IMG/VR virus record: IMGVR_UViG_3300037313_001084
Span: 1-40,283 of that record
Reading direction: 5' to 3' (one strand)
DNA length: 40,283 nt
Source: a virus
Taxonomy: Duplodnaviria; Caudoviricetes
The position numbers and the translations under genes are program-made. The notes beneath the pieces are model-generated. The model searched no databases. It saw nothing but the letters and a program-made list of their open reading frames with translations, and was not told the origin of the DNA. Each line of letters opens with the position of its first letter. Positions within the stretch are counted from its first letter, which is position 1. Positions 16,704 through 24,690 of this stretch are shown piece after piece.

Positions 16704-16897
16704 CCATTCAGAACTCCAAAAAAGAAACGCTCGTTTTCGCAGAGAACAACAAAACGCAGCCAGCGATTATACCATCTCCACGGCATGAATAGATATTCGT
16801 ACCAGCGCGTTGCGCATAGCTCATCCAGTGCTTGCTTTTGCCTCTCACACGTTTTGGTCCAGCATGCTTCTATGTACTCTTTGTAGTAGTCGCTCAT
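16673..16897 (-). CDS. Hypothetical protein
   Basis: ATGA-coupled in the operon. Confidence 0.55.
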   Translation of the reverse strand: MSDYYKEYIEACWTKTCERQKQALDELCATRWYEYLFMPWRWYNRWLRFVVLCENERFFFGVLNGCSDFDKHEK

Positions 16898-17136
16898 ATG
16901 GACTCCTTCAAAGCGCGGATGCGATCCTGAACGTTTTCTGCGTACTCGTATGGACTATGAAATCCATTATAGAGTTCGTCAGCTAGTTTCGCCGCCTCTT
17001 CCAACGCCTCATTCCGGATCTCTTTGGCAAACGCCTCTAAAGCATCAATCTCTTTCTCACGGGTCCAATCCGGTGCGGTCGCGATATCCACGGATTTAAA
17101 GTAATGCGCTTCGCAGCGCTCTCTGAGCTGGGTCAT
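16894..17136 (-). CDS. Hypothetical phage protein
   Basis: RNEALEEAAKLA...IRALKE motif; coupled. Confidence 0.7.
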   Translation of the reverse strand: MTQLRERCEAHYFKSVDIATAPDWTREKEIDALEAFAKEIRNEALEEAAKLADELYNGFHSPYEYAENVQDRIRALKESI

Positions 17137-17381
17137 TTAGGCTCCATTGGCAGTAAGCCGAAAACAACCCGCTCAGAATCGATTGGATAGACATCTCCAA
17201 TTCGATAGGAAAGAGGCGGAAATTCCTTCTCGTTCAAATAGCTGTGTTCTGGGTGATATGCGAACAATTGAACTTCATCGCCCTTCTGAAAGACTCTGTC
17301 GTTCTTCCTAATTTCAAATGTTTTAGTACCAGCTGCCACGCGCCTATAGTGCTCTGGAAAAATTTTAAGTTCGTGTTTCAT
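17133..17381 (-). CDS. DUF3850 / ASCH-domain protein
   Basis: HELKIFPEHY..V..G.KTFEIRKNDR.FQKGD. Confidence 0.85.
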   Translation of the reverse strand: MKHELKIFPEHYRRVAAGTKTFEIRKNDRVFQKGDEVQLFAYHPEHSYLNEKEFPPLSYRIGDVYPIDSERVVFGLLPMEPK

Positions 17382-17779
17382 ACAACCCCCTCGCCGCCGA
17401 GGAGTGTGGTGAGTCGCCTTGCAAGGTCATGAATCATGTTTGCGTCGATGTCGAAGGCTCGCTCTTGATATCCCGGCTCTTTCATCATCCAGTGAAATTT
17501 CCACTCCCTGATTTTGGCCAGCAACGCATCTTCCTCAACCGCTTTCCGATAAAGCTCTAGCTGATCTAGGAGATAACGCAAATCTTCGGGCGCGTGGGCG
17601 ATGAATTCGGCGTCGCGCACGTTAGAAGGCGGATTATCGAGCGGAATGTGAGAATAGCTCCACCAATAGCCGTCATCCATGATGACGTTCTCGCATCCTT
17701 CTTCTTCGTCACCCTGTCGCCAAGGTCCCTGCGTCGCCTTCTCAAGACGGGATTTTATTTCCTCTATGCGCTTGCTCAT
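17378..17779 (-). CDS. Ead/Ea22-like protein
   Basis: EKATQGPW...DAEFIAHAPED.RYLL. Confidence 0.7.
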   Translation of the reverse strand: MSKRIEEIKSRLEKATQGPWRQGDEEEGCENVIMDDGYWWSYSHIPLDNPPSNVRDAEFIAHAPEDLRYLLDQLELYRKAVEEDALLAKIREWKFHWMMKEPGYQERAFDIDANMIHDLARRLTTLLGGEGVV

Positions 17780-17973
17780 TGAAGCACCTGCCTTTGAATC
17801 AGCACGCCGCGAATCTTGATGTAATCTATCTCAATACCCTCTGGAATCTGTCGTTTCAGCTCCGCCTTCAATGAGTCATAAAGTGTCGGAGCCAGCGTGA
17901 TATCAGTCGGCTTCTTTCCGGACTTCTTTTCAAAGTCATTCATCATCTTTTGGACTATTTCACTTGCAGTCAT
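17776..17973 (-). CDS. Hypothetical protein
   Basis: ATGA-coupled in the operon. Confidence 0.6.
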   Translation of the reverse strand: MTASEIVQKMMNDFEKKSGKKPTDITLAPTLYDSLKAELKRQIPEGIEIDYIKIRGVLIQRQVLQ

Positions 17974-18230
17974 TCATCCCCCCAAATCCTTGCAACGGCT
18001 CTTCTCGCTTCTGCCTTTTTATGGGCATCCGGAAAGTAAGCCTGGTAGGCTCCACAGTTCTTTGCATCCCTGATAACATTTGAACGATCCATATCCGCAA
18101 GCCTTGCAGCCCGACAAACGCCTCCGTTGGCCTTGGTGATCAGACTCAAGAAATACTCACGCTTTGTTTTCAATACCCAAGCAGAGATCTCTTCCCTCAA
18201 TTCGGCGTAGGTCATACCGCCACGCTCCAC
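17970..18230 (-). CDS. Fis-type HTH protein (NinH-like; start probably 18215)
   Basis: REYFLSLITKANGGVCRAARLADMDRSNV resembles the Fis/bEBP HTH. Confidence 0.7.
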   Translation of the reverse strand: MERGGMTYAELREEISAWVLKTKREYFLSLITKANGGVCRAARLADMDRSNVIRDAKNCGAYQAYFPDAHKKAEARRAVARIWGDE

Positions 18231-18427
18231 TGAGTTTCTTTCCGATCGCGCACACGCTTTCTGTGAAGGTCACAGAGCTCCCACTTGCCGTAGGAGAAGA
18301 ACTTCTTCTCGCATCCCGGAATTCTGCAATTCGTTTTCCTGCACTCAATGCACTTGCCTGATCGATGCATTGTCGTGCGTTTGCACATCGTCCAGTTTGA
18401 ACACCTGAACAATTCTTTTTCCCTCAT
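18212..18427 (-). CDS. Cys-rich zinc-finger protein
   Basis: Seven Cys plus a CDLH motif. Confidence 0.6.
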   Translation of the reverse strand: MREKELFRCSNWTMCKRTTMHRSGKCIECRKTNCRIPGCEKKFFSYGKWELCDLHRKRVRDRKETQWSVAV

Positions 18428-18879
18428 ACTTCCTCTTTCTTCGGATAAATCGTTTCCACAAGCGTCGGCCTCTTAGCCGTGCCCTTCCAAAGCTCTAACG
18501 GCGCCGGTCCGCAGCCCTCGCGCCACATTCTGAGCTTGAGCTTAAAGCCGCGATCTTCTGCGCCCTTGGCTTCGGCGAATCGTTGAAGCCATGCCACGAT
18601 ATTCGGGCTACTTGCGCAGTCTCGTTCGACAAACTTCTGCTCAAACTCCCAATCAACCTTCCACTTGATCCCAAATGCTAGCGTTACCGTGGATTGCCAT
18701 TTGAGGTTTCGGATGTCGCCAGCCCTTTGTCTCAAGATCAGCGTTTCGCAGACCGAAGCCTCCAGTCCGCTCGGATGCGGATGTCCAGCGGAACATACCG
18801 TTCTCTTTGCGCCGAATTTATTACTCTTCTTGCGGCGTAAGGTTTTTTCAGGTCGCCTGGGGAACATCATGCGTCCCAT
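18424..18879 (-). CDS. DUF1064-like PD-(D/E)xK nuclease (possible resolvase)
   Basis: NKFGAKRT...SGLEA...VD...EAKG...FKLK. Confidence 0.7.
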   Translation of the reverse strand: MGRMMFPRRPEKTLRRKKSNKFGAKRTVCSAGHPHPSGLEASVCETLILRQRAGDIRNLKWQSTVTLAFGIKWKVDWEFEQKFVERDCASSPNIVAWLQRFAEAKGAEDRGFKLKLRMWREGCGPAPLELWKGTAKRPTLVETIYPKKEEV

Positions 18880-19130
18880 CCCCCAAGTCCCTCACACACC
18901 GGACAGATCACGTTTTCTTCTGGGTTGAGGCAGCAGCAGGTGTCCTCGCCGCAGTCGTGGCCATCAACGCCGCGTCCGCCGCACTCGTAGCAGGTCTCCC
19001 AGGTCAGGCACTCAATCTCCTGAGCCTTGAAATCGCTTTCGCACTCGCCGCACATCCAGTGATTTTGAATGAGACCGACTAGGCCAAGTTGTTTGCATGA
19101 ATCGCATGTTCCTAGGACGCTCATTCGCAA
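18867..19130 (-). CDS. Cys-rich protein with DnaJ-like CxxCxGxG repeats
   Basis: CYECGGRG and CPVCEGLG. Confidence 0.65.
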   Translation of the reverse strand: MRMSVLGTCDSCKQLGLVGLIQNHWMCGECESDFKAQEIECLTWETCYECGGRGVDGHDCGEDTCCCLNPEENVICPVCEGLGGWDA

Positions 19131-19351
19131 ACCTCGTAATCTTTCGAGAGGTTGGCGTGCCAGCGCGGTAAATTGCGGCGGTCTCCCGCTCCGCGCTCAC
19201 ACCAGCAAATAAATGCGTAGGGGGCTCCACCCTTCTCCCGGTGAACCGCCTGCACGATTCCCGAGTCCAAGCAGGTCAAGCATCGATAGGTGATTTGTTT
19301 TCCGGGCGCCGGAGGAAGACTGGGCGTTGGAAACGGTATGAGATTGCTCAT
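19121..19351 (-). CDS. Zinc-finger protein after the initiator (DnaC/DnaI N-terminal-like)
   Basis: CLTCLDSG...CWC; no ATPase domain. Confidence 0.6.
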   Translation of the reverse strand: MSNLIPFPTPSLPPAPGKQITYRCLTCLDSGIVQAVHREKGGAPYAFICWCERGAGDRRNLPRWHANLSKDYEVCE

Positions 19352-20232
19352 GAGGCCGCCTGTTTGTTACGTGCCTGAACGCCGAGGTTGAGATACCGCT
19401 GGATATTTTTGTCTCCGAGTATCCGAGACAGGTCCAAGAACATTTCGGGCCTATAAGTCTCGCCGGGCGTCTCCTGACGAACTCCCTCGAGTGCGAGAAC
19501 AACTGCCGTGATCTTGTGTCGCTGGACCGCGCGCATGATCACGTTGCGCTCAAGCTCGAGAACGTTGTTCCGATGCATCTTGAATTTGGGATGCGCAAGG
19601 GTCTCAAGCCAGACTTTGCATGCCTGGTCGGTTTCTAGGCGGAGCTTCTCGATCGCTGGGTCCGGATTTGTTTCCCCCACACCCCCTTCTTCTTTTCCTG
19701 TTTCCTGTTTCCTATTACCTGTATCCTGTATCCTGTTTCCTATGACACTCTGGTCATGGTCGAGAGAGGGTCGATCGAGTGTCGGTCGAGGGTCGAATGA
19801 CTGCTGAACAAAGGTAATGAGGGCATCGAGGGACTTTTTCGATTTGTCCGAGAGCGCCTGGCCATCAAGGAGTCCGATCACGTTCTTTGCCATGTTGACG
19901 TGAGCCTTATTGTTGACCGAAAGCTTTTTAAATTGCTCCTTGATGAAGCCGTGAATCCAAATCGTTTCCTCGTTGACCCAATGAATACGATCGCCGAAGT
20001 GACGATCAAACTCCTCGAGGGTGATTTCGCCGCCAACGTCGTTACTCATCTTGCGGAAGCTGATCTTTTTGATTCCGGTTCCACCCTCACAGGTGTCGCA
20101 TAGATACTGCCATGCCGCCTTGTAGAGCGGCGGGAGACTCAGAAACCAGTCGTCATCCCATTTGTTTGTGTTTGTGAATCTCTTTGCCACAGACCCCCCC
20201 GAGGTCCATGAGCGCCCAAACTGCTCGCTCAA
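19348..20232 (-). CDS. Replication initiator protein (start possibly at GTG of VAKRFT)
   Basis: KRFT...WDDDWF..L N-terminus, internal iteron-rich linker, EEGGVGE motif. Confidence 0.8.
   Translation of the reverse strand: MSEQFGRSWTSGGSVAKRFTNTNKWDDDWFLSLPPLYKAAWQYLCDTCEGGTGIKKISFRKMSNDVGGEITLEEFDRHFGDRIHWVNEETIWIHGFIKEQFKKLSVNNKAHVNMAKNVIGLLDGQALSDKSKKSLDALITFVQQSFDPRPTLDRPSLDHDQSVIGNRIQDTGNRKQETGKEEGGVGETNPDPAIEKLRLETDQACKVWLETLAHPKFKMHRNNVLELERNVIMRAVQRHKITAVVLALEGVRQETPGETYRPEMFLDLSRILGDKNIQRYLNLGVQARNKQAAS
19694..19801. repeat. Putative replication origin inside the initiator gene
   Basis: Seven tandem 7-mers TWWCCTR (19694-19742) and four GGTCGA-type units at 11-bp period (19758-19801). 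Confidence 0.7.
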
Positions 20233-20241
20233 AGTTGATGA

Positions 20242-20898
20242 TTAAAGTTTCTTAAAGCCGATGACCCAGACCCAAGGATTCGCGGCCCAGTTCGTCTTCT
20301 TGTCGGCGAGTGAGTTCCAGAGTTCGCGAAAGTCTTCGACTACACTGTGGCCGCCACCGAATTCCGGTTTTCCGTTCACGAACTCGCCCAGTGGTCCCCG
20401 ACAACCCTCTTGATGAGCGTCATAGCCACTGATTTCCTGAAGCCGCTCCACGCGGACACCGGTGATCTCCAATGTCAGACGTGAGGCCCACCGAGGCATG
20501 TGAATCGACGGACTCCATTTCATTCCTTTGATGGTCTCATTCGGGTAAAACCATTGTTTCGGCTCTTCGCCATCAGCGCGATAAACCAATCTCTTGCCTG
20601 CGCCGGTCGCCCATCCGAAAGTCTCCCTCACCCAAAGACGATCGCCGGGCTTGCCGTGGGGGCAGCTGATGATCGAAAGAGCGTGCTCAGGAGTATCGTC
20701 AGGATTTCCAACGATGACCCTCGTTCCATCTTTGGAATCGGCCATGAGCATTCTTAAATCAGGGCCCCATTGCGGATGCTTGATGTTGTCCTCAACTCGA
20801 AAGTTTTGATAAGCGCAGATCCTTCGAGTCTGAGTCTTCCGACCTTCGAGAATCGCGCAGACCATTGGAGCGCTGAAAAGAATCGGACGCTCTTTCAT
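20242..20898 (-). CDS. Conserved phage ASCH-like protein
   Basis: MKERPILFSAPMV.AILEGRKTQTRR, PGDRLWVRET, WSPSIHMPRWASR, NPWVWV. Confidence 0.8.
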   Translation of the reverse strand: MKERPILFSAPMVCAILEGRKTQTRRICAYQNFRVEDNIKHPQWGPDLRMLMADSKDGTRVIVGNPDDTPEHALSIISCPHGKPGDRLWVRETFGWATGAGKRLVYRADGEEPKQWFYPNETIKGMKWSPSIHMPRWASRLTLEITGVRVERLQEISGYDAHQEGCRGPLGEFVNGKPEFGGGHSVVEDFRELWNSLADKKTNWAANPWVWVIGFKKL

Positions 20899-21143
20899 AC
20901 CCCCGCCCTCGCCTTCCGGGCGACCCGGCGGACCCTGCGGAACTGGGGCTCCTTCGGCACAAGCTTCCCGGCCTCAAGTTTGGAAAGCCAGCTCTGGCTG
21001 ACTCCGAGAGCTTTTGCGAGCTCGACCTGGACCATGCCGGTGCGCCGCCTGATTCCGAAACAGAGCCACGCATAGCGGTTGAATGGCCGGCTCTCGAATT
21101 TGATGACGGTTTTGGATTTCTTCTTTGCTTTTACTGCACTCAC
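20895..21143 (-). CDS. XRE-family HTH protein
   Basis: MVQVELAKALGVSQSWLSKLEAG. Confidence 0.85.
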   Translation of the reverse strand: MSAVKAKKKSKTVIKFESRPFNRYAWLCFGIRRRTGMVQVELAKALGVSQSWLSKLEAGKLVPKEPQFRRVRRVARKARAGV

Positions 21144-21223
21144 AAACTACCCCCTAAAAGCTAAGCTCTATCCGCCCAAAAGGTCGGAAAGGTTACGCTG
21201 AGGGTAAGTTGATCACGCGAAAA

Positions 21224-22840
21224 TCATTCGTTTTCTTCGCTTGGAAACGCAGGAAATAAGTCCGAAAAGTGTCCGGACGGGACCACCATTCCGCTGACTC
21301 CCTGCATTTTGACCAACTCACCCCAATGTTTTCTCAAATCATATTCAATAGTTTTGCCCCTCAAACGCGGGTTAGATAGTACCAGTTCTAAGAAATCTCG
21401 CTTCTCTCTCGCGGTTCTCGATAAATATATAGATTTCGCGGTAGTAGCGAGTTCGATAATACTTGATACCGACTCTAAAGTTTTGCCGCTTAAAGCAGCT
21501 TTTGATTCTTCAAGTTCGTTTGTGATTCGAGCGCGCTCGGCCCGAATTCTTTCGCGTTGACGCTTGAACGCATCCTGATCCAGAAGCGCAGAGAGCATGT
21601 CCTCGTACGCACGGTCTTCACGCGCCGTGAGTGACTCAAGCTCTTCTTTCAGGCGATCAATGCGCTTCAAATGAGCGGCCGCGACCTTCCTGTGGGCAAT
21701 GTTTAAACCCTGGGCGATCTTCTGAGCCGCTTCGCGCGGCAACGAGATGAGATCAATCACTTGGCCAAACTGTTCCCAAAGCACATCCTCAGTAACAAAC
21801 ATACCGACTTTGCTCTTGTGAAACTTCTTTCCGTTCGAGCAACGGTAGTAGTGAAAAGTCGTCTTCTTTCCGCTTCTATAAATCTTAGTTTTCGGATCGT
21901 ATGTGATGAGGCACTCACACTCAGCACAGCGCATCCAGCCCTTGCCGAAGACGCCATGATCGCCCGGACCCTTAAGGAGCTTGCGTTGGCCCGCGTTCTC
22001 GCGCGCGAGCTGGACCGTCTTCTGTGGGATGATCAGCTCATGCTTGCCTTTATAGCGCTTTCCCTTCCAAAGGAAATAGCCCTCATAGAAAGGGTTCTTA
22101 ATCCTGTACTCGATCGTGCCCACGCGATACTGCCTGATCTCTTTTGGACTCAAATACCCGGCCTCGATAACAAGCCTTCTGATCGTTTCGTAACTCATCC
22201 CGCGAGCCCTGAGCTCAAACTCCATTTGGACCCATTTAACCTTGCGCTCGTCAGGATCTCTGACAACGTAAGCGGTTCCATGTCTGAGCTCTTGCCCATT
22301 CTCGTCGGAAAGTCTTCGAGTGGTGTATCCAAGCGGCGGTCGATTCGATGGATACCAGCCGCTCTCGGCCTTCTGCCTCATCGAATCATTGATCTTTGTG
22401 CTTAAGTTGCGGCTGTAGTGCTTGTTAGTCGCCGCCGTCACGTCTCGGATAAAGAAATCAGAGTCCGAGCTATCTCTGTGCAAAACCTTTCGATCTCTCA
22501 CGTAGTGAATGACAAAGATGTCGGCCTTGACAAGCTTTTCGTTGCGCTCGGCATGAGTCAGATTTCTTGATTCGCGGTCATACATGTAAAAAAGAACATG
22601 GCGGATGCGATCCTGGAATGCTCCGTTCATTGCTGCGTCGAATTTCTTTCGTTCATCAGAGTCCCATGCAGACTCAATGAGACGCTCAACTCGGACAAGA
22701 TTCAGGCCGTTAAAGACGCAGTAATCCCTAATCTCTTTCTCCTGAGTTTCATGGGATACGCCATCTCTTTGCCGGTGAGAGCTTACGCGAAGAATCGCAA
22801 TCGCGTTCGCATTGTCACCAAGCCATTCTGGACCGTTCAT
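21224..22840 (-). CDS. int: Large serine recombinase (integrase)
   Basis: Catalytic LRVSS, DRESRN, recombinase domain PPLGY...NPFYEG, zinc ribbon CAEC...YYRC, coiled coil. Confidence 0.93.
   Translation of the reverse strand: MNGPEWLGDNANAIAILRVSSHRQRDGVSHETQEKEIRDYCVFNGLNLVRVERLIESAWDSDERKKFDAAMNGAFQDRIRHVLFYMYDRESRNLTHAERNEKLVKADIFVIHYVRDRKVLHRDSSDSDFFIRDVTAATNKHYSRNLSTKINDSMRQKAESGWYPSNRPPLGYTTRRLSDENGQELRHGTAYVVRDPDERKVKWVQMEFELRARGMSYETIRRLVIEAGYLSPKEIRQYRVGTIEYRIKNPFYEGYFLWKGKRYKGKHELIIPQKTVQLARENAGQRKLLKGPGDHGVFGKGWMRCAECECLITYDPKTKIYRSGKKTTFHYYRCSNGKKFHKSKVGMFVTEDVLWEQFGQVIDLISLPREAAQKIAQGLNIAHRKVAAAHLKRIDRLKEELESLTAREDRAYEDMLSALLDQDAFKRQRERIRAERARITNELEESKAALSGKTLESVSSIIELATTAKSIYLSRTAREKRDFLELVLSNPRLRGKTIEYDLRKHWGELVKMQGVSGMVVPSGHFSDLFPAFPSEENE
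21260..21288 (+). other. Candidate attP core resembling a tRNA 3' end
   Basis: TCCGGACGGGACCACCA (21272-21288) reads as T-stem 3' arm, acceptor 3' arm and ACCA; lies in the integrase 3' end with a GTCCG...CGGAC inverted repeat. Confidence 0.55.
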
Positions 22841-22983
22841 CAGTGAATCCGAACTCTATCCTGAGGAGCAGTCGGAGCGCCGCTCCGAATGATGGCCTCT
22901 TTATCGGCAGCGTCTTTTTCGTCCCGCCATTGTTTCAACTTTTGAAAGACTTCTAAAAGCTGATTAAAATCTTCTTGGCTCAT
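22840..22983 (-). CDS. 47-aa protein coupled to the integrase (MSQEDFNQLLEVFQKLKQWRDE...)
   Basis: SD GAGGT; TGATG overlap with the int start. Confidence 0.7.
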   Translation of the reverse strand: MSQEDFNQLLEVFQKLKQWRDEKDAADKEAIIRSGAPTAPQDRVRIH

Positions 22984-22993
22984 TTTCGTTACC

Positions 22994-23392
22994 TCACATC
23001 AAACCATGTCTCTGAAGAATCTCTTCAGTGTCTTGACTAAGAACTCTGTAGTTTAAGTGCGACAAATTGAGTGCCTTTAGCACCCGTTCCGGAAATATGC
23101 TTGATGGCGCCTTATTTGGCCTATTTAGACACGGTTTTAATGCGCGGATAAGTGCGCCCTCAAACTCATCAAGACTCTCTCTGTGTACCCGAACGTAATA
23201 AACAGAGTCGAAGCGTTTATCTTTCAGGTGGGAATGAATTCTTGAACCTATATTCACGCTTTGTCCGATGTAAACAACCTCAGCGCCCTGAACCAAAAAA
23301 TAGACACACGGGTCAACGTGAACGTATTTATGCAATTCGTCCCCGATCGGTTTGAGAATCTCCGGAACATTTTTTAGAATTTCAGGTTTCAT
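22994..23392 (-). CDS. GIY-YIG superfamily nuclease
   Basis: VYFL...VVYIGQS.N...RI..H...E..LI....P.LN. Confidence 0.8.
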   Translation of the reverse strand: MKPEILKNVPEILKPIGDELHKYVHVDPCVYFLVQGAEVVYIGQSVNIGSRIHSHLKDKRFDSVYYVRVHRESLDEFEGALIRALKPCLNRPNKAPSSIFPERVLKALNLSHLNYRVLSQDTEEILQRHGLM

Positions 23393-23542
23393 GTCTCTTC
23401 CGAAAACATCAATTCACTTCGCGGTCAAATGATTTTTAAATCTTCCAAATTGACCGTACTACATGAGATTGGCAGCACTCACAGGACGCAAAGTCCTGAG
23501 TATTTATCTTCACTAAGTTCAACTTTCTCATATCTTCCTCTT

Positions 23543-23581
23543 AAAAAAGCCACAGGCATTCGGAGCGACCTAACCTGCGGC
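23543..23581 (-). terminator. Intrinsic terminator
   Basis: GCCGCAGGU/GCCUGUGGC stem followed by UUUUUU. Confidence 0.7.
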
Positions 23582-23955
23582 CCATCCAGCGGTTCTGCTT
23601 CTATCCTCCGCTGAAACTTTTAACTTTGGCCGAATATCGCATCGGACCGACCGCGGACAGTTTCCAGTTTGCTCCGGCTACCGTGTGTGCGCACTTAGTT
23701 GCCTATCGTCCACTGTCAAAACCCTTTACCTCTTGGTCCGCGTAACGTGCGGTTCCCACTCCGGTGACTCTGATCACCCAGTTCACTCCCGTGCTCGCGC
23801 TTCAGCCAGCTTGATCTTTTGAACCGGCCTTACATCGCTTTTCTATAGGGGGGGGTCGATAGCTACCCCTGCGTGTCTTCCAGCGAGAGTTCGGATGTGA
23901 TCAGCACCCCTTCACCTCATCCCCACGCCGCCACACCCATCCCGCTCTCGCGGGA
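23543..23955 (-). ncRNA. Candidate ~400-nt structured non-coding RNA
   Basis: No minus-strand ORF in the track; many nested stems and GNRA-capped hairpins; ends at the terminator. Confidence 0.5.
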
Positions 23956-23957
23956 AA

Positions 23958-24230
23958 TTAAATCACTGCCTCGTAAGTCTTTTCAAAAATGTCGGGCCTG
24001 CATGGGTAGAGTTCGCCCGCAACTCCGCGAATGATCCAGTCTTCGCTCTGCGCCATCATCACGCCTTCAAGAGTTCTAATAGAAATCTTATCGCTTAAGA
24101 AAATAATCTCCCCATCATCGTATGCCTTCGCGATGTAGTCAGGCAGATCTTTCCAGTTTTTCGCAGCGTGATTCAATAACTCGCCCACTTGAACCGCATC
24201 AATCACTACCGGCTTCTTTCTGAATTTCAT
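23958..24230 (-). CDS. Conserved phage protein (KKPVVIDAVQ...TLEG...GELYPCRPDIFEKTY family)
   Basis: Recognisable widespread phage motif set; SD GAGGAG. Confidence 0.8.
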   Translation of the reverse strand: MKFRKKPVVIDAVQVGELLNHAAKNWKDLPDYIAKAYDDGEIIFLSDKISIRTLEGVMMAQSEDWIIRGVAGELYPCRPDIFEKTYEAVI

Positions 24231-24237
24231 CTTCTCT

Positions 24238-24271
24238 CCTCGACCTTCCGGTCACTTTGCGAAAGGGGTTA
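24238..24271 (-). repeat. Stop-to-SD intergenic repeat, copy 1
   Basis: TAACCCCTTTCGCAAAGTGACCGGAAGGTCGAGG; matches 24659-24690. Confidence 0.85.
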
Positions 24272-24553
24272 CTCTTCGGACTCAATCAGATTAAATGCAC
24301 GCGCCACAATGATGGGCTCAGGCTTTTTCCAATTGATGATCTTTCCGGTTTCAAGATTAATGTCCAAAATCAGATAGTCGCCGTAGTGGTCTTCCGGGAA
24401 AAACTTCGGAACATACTCGCCGTCAAGCTCAGCGATCTTCTGTCCGTTGGGTCCGCGTAACTCATAGATTCCGGAGTCGCACACCTTGACGTGAACCCGC
24501 ACTGACTCGGCCTTGACTGTCTCAACAATCTTTCTTGGTAATTCCACACTCAC
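24269..24553 (-). CDS. Conserved hypothetical phage protein
   Basis: YVPKFFPEDHYGDYLILDI..ETGKI.NWK.P motif. Confidence 0.75.
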   Translation of the reverse strand: MSVELPRKIVETVKAESVRVHVKVCDSGIYELRGPNGQKIAELDGEYVPKFFPEDHYGDYLILDINLETGKIINWKKPEPIIVARAFNLIESEE

Positions 24554-24560
24554 CTCTCAG

Positions 24561-24653
24561 TTAAAACCTAGCCTTCATCGCCTGCCTTTTTTGCCTAAGG
24601 TCAGCTAAATGCCGGACCGCCATAATTGATAAAACGATAATTAAATAGTTCAT
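24561..24653 (-). CDS. 30-aa hydrophobic/basic peptide MNYLIIVLSIMAVRHLADLRQKRQAMKARF
   Basis: SD GAGGT; fills the gap; paralog of 24688-24783. Confidence 0.7.
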   Translation of the reverse strand: MNYLIIVLSIMAVRHLADLRQKRQAMKARF

Positions 24654-24658
24654 ATTTA

Positions 24659-24690
24659 CCTCTACCTTCCGGTCACTTTGAAAGGGGTTA
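24659..24690 (-). repeat. Stop-to-SD intergenic repeat, copy 2
   Basis: TAACCCCTTTCAAAGTGACCGGAAGGTAGAGG. Confidence 0.85.

Noticed and set aside
19694-19801. Short tandem repeats as a CRISPR or contingency locus
   Set aside because: No spacers; position inside the initiator gene fits a lambdoid-type origin
23436-23531. 31-codon ORF MRKLNLVKINTQDFASCECCQSHVVRSIWKI after the terminator
   Set aside because: Has an SD-like sequence but no other support and overlaps inverted repeats; left uncalled
23543-23955. tmRNA, RNase P RNA or group I/II intron
   Set aside because: No tRNA-like 3' end with CCA, no GAGGAAAGUCC, no recognisable intron core or interrupted gene
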